Source: Squalus acanthias
Lineage: Eukaryota
NCBI GenBank assembly: GCA_030390025.1
Contig: CM059432.1
Span: 33,048,001-33,112,000 of the forward strand
DNA: 64,000 bases
Direction: 5' to 3'
Shown here in pieces: positions 48,519 to 58,217 of the stretch. The position numbers were made by a program, and so were the translations under genes. The notes beneath the pieces are model-generated. The model worked only from the letters and a program-made list of their open reading frames with translations, was not told where the DNA came from and ran no database searches. Every line of letters starts with the position of its first letter. Positions within the stretch are counted from its first letter, which is position 1.

Positions 48519-50344
48519 TCATTGGGTACTGGCGGACGGGGCTGCGGCATCTGCGGGGCCGGTAGCGACTGCCACCCTTCCTTGCGAAATCATGAGGGTC
48601 CGCATGGCTCCCAACATTGATTCTATCACATCGGGATGGATAGGCACACCAGCTCCCATTTCAGAGACAGGCGCCTGGGCTCGGGCTGCGGGATTTTTAT
48701 CCCTGGACTCCTTCCAGGGGTTCCTGCAGTTCTTGCGCCAGTGCCCTGTCTTTCCGCACCCGTAACAAGCACTACTGGCTTGTGGGCGCGATTTCCCTCC
48801 TGATGCCACTCCTTTTGAGCCGGGGCTGCGGGCCGTGCCTCATGCACCTTTCCCTCAAGGGGACGTGCCCCCGTACTCCTAGTATTACGGTACCCTACCG
48901 TGAGTTGGTTTAAGACCGACTCCTCAGTTGTGATGGGGTTAGTGGGATCAAACCATGCTTTGGCCTGCTCCCTGACGGTTGGCAAGCTGTTGGCTACTAC
49001 ACATCTGAGCCAGTGAGCTAAACCGACACCGTCTAAATCGACGCGCTCGGGCGCGCCTGGGCAGCTACGCTGATAGACAGGCCACAGCCTGTCGGCGAAA
49101 ACCTTCGGGGGTTCTCCCTCCATCTGCTTTGTCTGTCCCAATCTAACGAACGGACCTTCATCGTCCACCCCCAACACCTCTAGGACCTCATCCCTTAATT
49201 GCTCATAGGTCCTATTTCCCCTTTTGCTCGCGTCTGAGAGACACTGGAGGATCGAGCTGTCTAAAGAGAACAGCAGCATTTTTGCCCTTTCCCCATCGTC
49301 GCAGCCGTTAATGGCTGCGGTCTGCTCTACCTCCCTGAAATGTACGGAAGGGTCGTCTGATTCGGACAGCTTCCGTACGTGACTGATCATAGCCCTCAGC
49401 TGGTGTGCGTTGTGCGGCAACACAAGCTGGCTGAGGAGATCCCCAGCTGCCCCATTGGCTCCCACCGGGCCCCTTTTCTGGCCCGTGACCAGACACAACG
49501 GTCCCGGCTTCACTGCTACCTCAGGGGGCTGTACTACCTCGGGGACCTCTTCCTCCACTTCTACCACTTCCTCCTTTACCCAGGTTCCCGAATAGCTGGG
49601 TGGCGCGGAGGGCACAGTGGCAAATACCTCCTCTGCTTTGTTCGGTAGGGATTTTTGGAATTCCCCACCCACCGGTGGCTGGTGTGCTGACGGGCTGATA
49701 AGGCACGCCATGCCGTGCGCTTTATTGAGGGCCTCTTTAAGGTTCCCTATCTCTCTCTGGCAGACGCTGTGGTCGGCCCCCTCATGTTTATCCTCGAGGG
49801 CCATCTTATATGCCGCCCTAACTCCCTTTAAGCTCTCTTCCTGGGCTTTTATTTGAGCAGCTAGGCGGGCACATCGTTCCCTAATTCTGCCCTCATTTAA
49901 TTTTGCCTCAGTGACCTGGCACTCGAGGTAATCTATTTTCGCCTCATGGTGGTTGGCGACTAACTGGCGTTCCTGATGCAACGCATTTAAAGACGCGATG
50001 AGCTGCTGCCCCCCCCCCGCGACCTTTTCATCCATCTCCACCTCTAAACCCTTGATCTGAGCTGCCTGTGCTACGATGACCTGGTCCGAAATCTGGACTT
50101 GCCTTTTATAACACATCAGCCAAACCGCTTTCTCTACCGATCTTTTATGATCTTTGCTGCCTGTCCACCTGCTGGCTGTGTCTAGCGGACGCTTATCCAC
50201 CAGCAGGTCACTTATCCATCTCTTAGTCAAATTAACTTTCCCAAAAACATAATCGGCTATTCTCTCTTCCATAACATTTCGCCCATTCATACCAGGGTCA
50301 AACACATTATTTTCTCGCTGCCAGTGTCCTGCCGCGGTCGCCAT
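48519..50344 (-). CDS. gag: Gag (572-aa ORF; CCHC nucleocapsid knuckle in the -1 frame, ending at 48519)
   Basis: Coiled coil, PSAPPSY late domain, capsid-like region with MHR-like QMEGEPPKVFADRL; CYGCGKTGHWRKNC in ORF 48519..48809. Confidence 0.88.
50326..50343 (-). other. Primer-binding site, tRNA-Ser-like
   Basis: TGGCGACCGCGGCAGGAC begins 5 nt inside the 5' LTR end and resembles the complement of vertebrate tRNA-Ser 3' ends (TGGCGTAGTCGGCAGGA, TGGCGACGAGG). The tRNA identity is inferred. Confidence 0.7.
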
Positions 50345-50348
50345 TTTC

Positions 50349-51995
50349 TGTAAGGGATTCGGACGGTGGCTCTGTGCTTAGCCTGGGTGCTAGTGCGGGG
50401 TTAGGCCTTGTCGCCTGTTCTGGTCTCCAGCCAGCCTGGTAACACTAGACACCTGTGAGTGGTTCGACCCACTCGCCCTTACGGTTCTGACACTGGACTT
50501 AGGTGCGAGAGCAATAATGCAGAGAAAACTCAGGTAGACCCGGTTGAATAGTACGAAATGGAAAATCTTTATTGCATATTGTTCAAGATTACGAAATACA
50601 TGTCATAAGCACAGATTAAATGACAGTACAAGCTTACATACATTTATGAAACTAGGTTTAGGGAAACGAGGAGCGCACGACACATCGTAAAAGGGGACAC
50701 ACATTATAATTATCCTTAAAACAAAAACCCTCCCCTATCAATACCTGTCCTAATCTAGATCTGTAGGATCGAGAATCATGCTCACCACTCGTGATAACTC
50801 GGAGAATTCTAAAACGATGCTCGGATGTTTTCGCCACAACACCTGACTATTCACGTGTTGATCAGGGGTCTCTGTACCCCATTTGTTTACTCGCTTCTGC
50901 TCCGGCTAGCAGGCTGGACCGTCTGCTGTCATGAAGATCTGTGTTGGTCTCGGATTTCTGATACTACTCAAAAAAAAAAAAAGAGTCTTCCTGTGCCCTA
51001 CACTGGTTGTCGGTAGAACTCGAAGAAAAGTCTTCTGGTGCCAGTTGTGGAGTAGCCGATAGAATTCAAAGAAGTGGTTAATCGATTTTTCGGGCGCGGT
51101 CGGGGTTTACTGACCGCGGCGGCACATGTAGTCGTCTTCTTCTCTTCTCATCTCTTCTCATCTCATCTCCTCTCGGGCCTTCGGTTCCAACACCGTTTAC
51201 CGACTTCTCGGGATGGTGCGCCCGCTTGCAGGCCTTCGCAGACCAGCTCTCCACAGATCTTCGCGGCAAGCCACGAGGTTGACTCCCGGAAAATCAGCGG
51301 ATCAGAGAATAAGAGTCAAGAGCTCGAGTCGGTGGTCGGTAAAGAATAAGAGAAAGATGGACGTTTGGACACTACAGTTATAGTACTGTAATCCCTTATC
51401 TCCCGCCCAATCTTAAGGTTCATCTTTTGTCATGTTTTGGCGCTCAAACTTCTTGTATGGGGTGGTACTTGTCGTAAATGGGTTTCGGTGATACTTGTAA
51501 CTGTCTGAGTACCCGTTAACATTTCTCCCATTGTGGAACCGGCTAGGAGTCTCCCTGGAGGGGTTTTGGGAGCCTCCGAATTCTTGCTGTGAGTACCCGC
51601 GAACGGCTCTCTCATCGTAGAGCCTTGGGGAATTTGTGTATCAATGTCTTTGGATGGGCCCTTGATTGCCCAGTACAATAGCCCTCGTCTGTGCATGGAA
51701 AAACCGATTCCACCACTTATATTTCTTGCTTAGGTGTTAAAAAATGCAAAACGATCGCGTCTTGTCTTATATCAATATGCTGAGTGCTGTCTGATCTTGC
51801 TGAAATGTTTATTGAAACACCATCTTGTCTGCCCACTGAAAATCTAGAACCTTCTGCCACGAGGCGCGGCGGCCATTTTACAGGCTTCTTGTGTCCGTTT
51901 TTGAACCTGACAGCATTTTGCTGAAATAAAGCTGTTTATACGAAACTGTATGTCTCTATCTTATTACGAAATCGCGATAATTTGCGAATTCTACA
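50349..51995 (-). repeat. 5' LTR with putative promoter (CCAAT/GC box 51403-51411, TATAA 51378-51382)
   Basis: TG..CA termini; promoter motifs are conserved in all three LTR copies; AATAAA at 50568-50573. Confidence 0.93.
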
Positions 51996-52430
51996 CTTAT
52001 CCCAATGTCTGATTGGGCAGCAGGCACTGTACAGCCACTACTGATTACAAGCAGCTGCTCGACCCTTTCCTCATGCTCTGATAAATCCCTTAGCGTGACG
52101 ACACCACCACCTGTCAATGCACGCTCTCTGGCGTTGTTAACAATTTTACTCTAAAATGAAAAGAGAAAATATGAAACGTCATGAAACTGCAGTTTTTTCA
52201 GCAGAGACCACCCACCTGCCTTTGAGACAAGAACAGAAGCTGCTTTGGAGACAGGGTGTTTTTTCACTCACTAATTGAAATTTTACAACTCAAACCTGTA
52301 GAGTCAAGATAAGCGCACAATAGATGACCCTGAGCTGGCCCCAAAGCCATAAAATGTTATGACAAGCTCACATGCCTGGATAATGAAGTCACTTTGCAAC
52401 ACCCATGCATCCAAGAGCTTTTTAAAAATA

Positions 52431-54960
52431 GTTCAGTTTCCGATTGGACTACTTCACTTTCCATCTTAATGAAGAATTCTATCATGTTATGGTCACTCTT
52501 CCCTAAAGGACCCCGCACAACAAGATTATTAATTAACCCCTTCTCATTGCACAATACCCAATCTAGGATAGCCTGTTCCCTGGTTGGCTCTTCAACGTAC
52601 TGGTCTAAAAAACCATCTCGTACACACCCCAGGAATTCATCCTCCACAGTATTATTGCTAATTTGGTTTGGCCAGTCTATATGTAGATTAAAGACACCCA
52701 TGATTACTGTAGTACCCTTGTTACATGCATCTCTAATTTCTTGTTTGATGCCATCCCCTACATTACCATTACTGTTTGGAGGCCTATAGACAACTCCCAC
52801 CAATGTTTTCTGCCCCTTGGTGCTTCTTAGCTCCACCCAGACTGATTCTACATCTTGATTTTCCAAGCCAATATCCTTTCTCACTATTGCTCTGATTTCA
52901 TCCTTTACTAACAATGCCACCCCACCTCCTTGTCCTTTTTGCCTGTCCTTCCTAAATATCGAATATCCTTGGATATTCAGCTCCCAGCCTTGGTCACCCT
53001 GTAGCCATGTCTCCGTAATTGCAATTATATCGTATCCATTTACATCTATTTGCGCTGTTAATTCGTCTACCTTATTATGAATGCATCGTGCCTTTAGATT
53101 TGTCTCTAACATTTTTTGTACTATGGCCCTATTTGCCTTATTACCATTTTTTTCTTACCTGGACTCTATTTGTTAGTGCACTCTTGTTTGTCAGGAAGGG
53201 ACATAGCGTACAATCTGGTTATCGTTACCCCAATCACCTTTCCTGCACTGCTTCCTTGTCTTTTCTCTTTAGCATTCGGATTTCTCTCCACTGGGACCGC
53301 CCCCCCCCCTTATTTAGTTTAAAGCTCTATCTACCTCCCTAGTTATTTGATTTGCTCGAACTCTGGTCCCAGCATGGTTCAAGTGTAATCCGTCCCAGTG
53401 GAACAGCTCCTCTTTCGCCAGTACCCCGACGAATCGAAACCCACTTCTCCCACACCAATCTTTGAGCTACGCATCTCCCTGATCCTATTGATGCTCTGCC
53501 AATTTGCTCGTTGCTCAGGTAATAATCGAGATTATTACCTTTGTGGTTCTGCTTTTTACTTTAGTCCCTAGCTGCTCATACTCTCTCAGCAGAACCTTTT
53601 TCTTAGTCCTACCTATGCCGTTGGTACCTACGTGGACTACGACAACTGGATCCTCCCCCTCCCACTCCAAGTTCTTCTCCAGCCCGAGGAGATGTCCTTT
53701 ACCCTGGCACCGGGTAGGCAATATAGCCTTCGGGACTCATCCTCCTGGCTGCAGAGAACACTGTCTTTCTCCCCCCCTAACTACTGCCGCCTACTACAAC
53801 CACCTTCCTTTTTACTTCCCCCCACTTGAACGGCTTCCTGTACCACGGTGCCATGGTCAGTTTGCTCATCGTCCCCGCACTTGTCCACAAGGGTTGCGAG
53901 AACCTCTACTCTATTGGACAAGTGCAGGGACTGAGGCTCCTGCAATACTACCTCTTGGATCCCTGTACCTGTCTCACTCGCAGTCACACCCTCCTGACCA
54001 CGTGTCAATTCTGAAGTATTTAATCTAAGGGGTGTGGCTGCCTCCTGGAGCAAAAGGTCCAGGTAACTTTCTCCCTCCCTGATGCCTTGCAATGTCTGCA
54101 GCTCGGACTCCAGCTCCTCAACTCTGAGCCGAAGTTCCTCGAGCCGCAAACACTTACTGCAGATGTAGTCGCCCTGGACAAAAATTTCTACAAGCTCCCA
54201 CATGTGCAGCAGCAACACATCTCCTGTTCTCCCATTATTTTATTTATTTAATTAATTAGTTTAGTGTTAATCAAATTATTTACCTCGTTTAGTTTATTAA
54301 ATTAATTAAATTAAGTTTAATTTTTAAAATTTAGTTATATGCTATATGTTAACTTATAGCCCACAGTTACTACCACAGTCACTACCAATCACTTGCCTTC
54401 CTTACCTGTGACATCACACTGCAGTTTTCTCTTGTTGTTGCAGGTCTGCTGCTGCTTTTATCCCCGCTCTCGGGCCTCGGTCTGCTCCTGCTCAGGTCTG
54501 CCGCTGCTCCGCGGGAGAAGTTAGGAAAAGCAAGGCAAAGCAGCACCTCCTTCCCCCACTTCACCGAACTCCCACACTTATTAAACTCCCAAATTGTTCA
54601 CTCTGTGCCCGCTGCACTAGTGCCGGTTGCACTCACAGGCCCCTGTATTTATACTGTTTGTAACTCAGGTGAGTCTGCTATGCTCTGCTATTGTTTCAGT
54701 AACCAGTTTAATCTAGCTCGCTAATTAACGAACTACAGCAGCTCTCCAGTAGGAGAGCTTGCTTGTTTGTCTCTGCTTAAGCCTGAAAGAAACTTAAAAA
54801 TGTAAAGTTTAAAATTTAACTTAAACAGTTGATCTTACCCAAGAGCTACTAGCAATTAACACTAGATTTTAAGAGATTAACTCTTAAAACTCCCACACTT
54901 ACCAAACTCTCAAGTTGTTCACTCTATGCCTGCTGCACTCTTCTTTCTTGTTCCCTGGCG
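52431..54960 (-). mobile_element. CR1 LINE 5' portion (5' UTR, ORF1, APE), 3'-truncated
   Basis: ORF1 fragments 53515-54218 (CSKCLRLEELRLRV, VHVGTNG); APE 52431-53112 (ITETWLQ, VYRPP, SDHNMIEF). Confidence 0.88.
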
Positions 54961-54972
54961 CGTTCGAGTCTA

Positions 54973-55859
54973 TGTACCAGAATTTCTCAAAAGATCGGGG
55001 CAAAGTCCTCAAAAGGCATGGTTTCTCCCTCACAGGCTTCCTCTTTAAATAGATGCAGTACATATGGGGGAAAAAATGGAAAGAGTTTGTAACTTTCAAC
55101 CTTGCTTGATTAATTTGTCCGTGACTATAACAAATCACTTCGGGTACAGGTATATTGTGTATAAGTAAAACAGGTTTATTAAGTACTTTACATCCAGTCC
55201 AAAGACGTAATACTTAACAAGTTGATAGTTGCAGCCTGTTCCTCGAAACCCCGGCGTGCGCTCCGGGTGACTGGCGCGGCCTCTTTTAACTGTTGCTGTG
55301 TTCTGTTGACTGAAGCTTCTTGTCCTCTGGTTTCGTGCTGCTTTCGGTGATCAATTTTTACCCTTTTCTCCCTTTTGCCTACGTGGCAGTTAGTAACCAT
55401 CTGGTATCTGTTAATTATAACCACACCCCCCCCCCTCAATAGTCACCTTAATCATCCTCCCAGTCCTCCTCTTGCATACAAAGCTATCCTTATCTGATAA
55501 CTCTACAAAGGCAAGCTTCAAACTAAGTTCTTATGTTTTACTCTAAACAGTTCTAGACATCTTTAGTTGGTTCTGCAGTTTCAGGAGATATGGAATGGTG
55601 ACGGTCTCTGGCTCTTATCTTCCTTCGTAACATCACTGAATTCCATGTCTCCTACTATCTCCTGATTCACTCAGTGTAACAGAATATCTCATTACTTCAG
55701 CATATTTAACAGGGTTAACCCAGGTTGGCTTAATTTCCCATCCTGCTTTGCTTCTCAGCTGTTCGCCATTTTATACAGGCCTCAGGTTTTTAACCCACAT
55801 TGTCATACATTAAGATTTTAAGCCAGTGTTTAAATAACTAATGTTTACTAAATCCTACA
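54973..55859 (-). mobile_element. Possible solo LTR of a third family
   Basis: TGTACC...CCTACA ends, minus-strand AATAAA near 55176, and a GCCATTTT motif near the U3 end as in the other LTRs. No clean TSD, so the left boundary is uncertain. Confidence 0.35.
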
Positions 55860-56680
55860 GGTACGCTGTATCTTACAAGTTGTAAAAGTCATAATAAAGT
55901 GAGTGGGTACAAATTCTTGTCAGGTGGTATTGGATTGGCCGCCTGTTATATGCAGCACCTGATAAATATCACTGCCCGAGATGAATTTCTAGGACTCTTA
56001 ATTTTTTTTACAAAGTCATACATTTCCACTCCCCAGAATGTTGGATGCAAGTCCCAATGAGATTTGATTAAGCAGTATAATCAACATTAGCAAGTACCAT
56101 GTCTAAATACTCAGCAATGGGATGCACATTGGGAGTTGAATGACCACCTTGATGGCTTGTCTGGAGTTGAGTAACAGCCTCCCTCAGTCATCCTCAATTT
56201 ATATAATCTATGCCTACTAGGATATTCTATAGGAGATCCCCTGGGCCCATGTGCAGTGCTGTACTCAAAATGGAGCTCTGGAGGAAGTGAGCAGGTACTA
56301 AAGGAGATGGTGTATGTGGAATCAGGAGACAACCAGAGACAGGGGTAGGAATGGGGAAAGAGTCTATTGGTCTTTGCTGGTTCCTAAACAAAACAATTAA
56401 AATGCTCGTTAGAGAAGACCAGCGTGTGTTCAAAGTCTGCTTTTAATTCAAAGATACTTTATTCAAATTATTGGATGGTTCAATTTGTTGGCATAACAAT
56501 TGATTGAATTCCCAGGAGATTCCTTATATATGTATTATGTTTATACTCTAATGTGTCATGGAATTCTGACATATTGCAAAATTACAAAATAAATCGTTTC
56601 ATCTGATTTTCATATGCAGTGCAGCTCTCAACCAGTTTGAGTGGTTTATACACAGAATTTGGTTGGCACAAGTAAACTAT

Positions 56681-57525
56681 CATAGAATCATAGACATTTA
56701 CAGCACAGAAGGAGGCCTTTCAGCCCATCTTGTCCGTGCCGGCCAACAAAGAGCTATCCACCCTAATCCCATTTTCCAGCTCTTTGTCCATAGCCATGTA
56801 GGTTACAGTACTTCAAGTGCATATCCAAGTACTTTTTAAATGTGATGAGGGTCTCTGCCTCCACCACCCACTGGGTGAAAAAATTTCTCCTCAATTCCCC
56901 TCTAAACTTCTGACCAATTACTTTAAATCTATGCCCCCTGGTTATTGACCCTTCTGCTAAGGGAAATCGGTCCTTTCTATCCACTCTATCTCGGCCCCTC
57001 ATAACTTTATACACCTCAATTAGGTCTCCCCTCCGCCCCCTCTGTTCCAAATAAAACAGCCCCAGCCTATCCAATCTTTCCTCCTAGCTAAAATTTCCCA
57101 GCCCAGGCAACATCCTCATTAATAACCTCTGCACCCTCTCGAGTGACATCTTTCCTGCAATGTGGTGACCAGAACTGCACGCAGTATTCTAGCTGTGGCC
57201 TAGCTAGTGTTCTATACAGTTAAAGCATAACCTCCCTGCTCTTATATTCTATGCCTCGGCTAATAAAGGCAAGTATCCCGTATGCCTTCTTAGCCACCTT
57301 TATCTACCTGTCCTGCTACCTTCAGGGATCGGTAGACATGTACTCCAAGGTCCCTCTGATCTTCTGGACTTCAGTGTCCTACCATTTATAGTGTATTCCC
57401 TTGCCTTGTTGGCCCTCCCCAAATGCATTACCTCACACTTCTCCAGATTGAATTCCATTTGCCACTGTTCTGCCCATCTGACCAGTCCATTGATATCTTC
57501 CTGCAGTCTGCAGCTTTCTTACATC
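56681..57525 (-). mobile_element. CR1 3' fragment
   Basis: (ATAGAATC)n tail; RLGLFYLEQRGRRGDLIEVYK..RNFFTQWVV..AGKWD. Confidence 0.88.
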
Positions 57526-58217
57526 ATAACATAAGAAATAGGAGTAGGAGTAGGCCATTTGACCCCTCAAACCTGCTCCTCCATTCAATAAGATCATGGC
57601 TGATCTGGTCTTGGCCTCAACTCCACTTTACTGCCCGCTCCCCATAACCATTGACTCCCTTATCATTCGTTCAAAAATCTGTCTATCTCCACCTTAAATA
57701 TATTCACTGACTCAGCCTCCACAGCTCTCTGGGGTAGAGAATTCCAAAGATTCACGACCCTTAGAGAAGAAATTCCTCCTCATCTCCGTTTTAAATGGGC
57801 GACCCCTTATTCTGAAACTATGCCCCCTAGTTCTAGATTTCCCCCATGAGGGGAAAACATCCTCTCTGCATCTACCCTGTCAAGCCCCCTCAGAATCTTA
57901 TACGTTTCAATAAGATCACCTCTCATTCTTCTAAACTCCAATGAGTATAGGCCCAAACTGCTCAACCTTTATTCATAAGACAACCCCTTCATCTCAGGAA
58001 TCAACCTAGTGAACTTTCTCTGAACTGCCTCCAATGCAAGTATATCCCTCCTTTAAATGAGACCAAAACTGTACACAGTACTCCAGGTGTGGTCTCACCA
58101 ACGCCCTGTTCAGTTGTAGCAAGACTTCCCTACTTTAAAACTCCATCCCCTTTGCAATAAAGGTTAATATTCCATTTGCCTTCCTAATTACTTGCTGTAC
58201 CTGCATGCTAACTTTTT

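Larger units (their letters stand above)
38656..51995 (-). mobile_element. Endogenous retrovirus-like provirus, gag + env, pol-less (non-autonomous), with a nested Harbinger
   Basis: Two near-identical 1.64-kb LTRs; 4-bp TSD CTTA at 38652-38655 and 51996-51999; PBS, PPT, gag and env all on the minus strand. Confidence 0.95.

Noticed and set aside
55860..56680. Possible host exon in an apparently unique stretch
   Set aside because: Only short ORFs with no recognisable protein motif or convincing splice pair.
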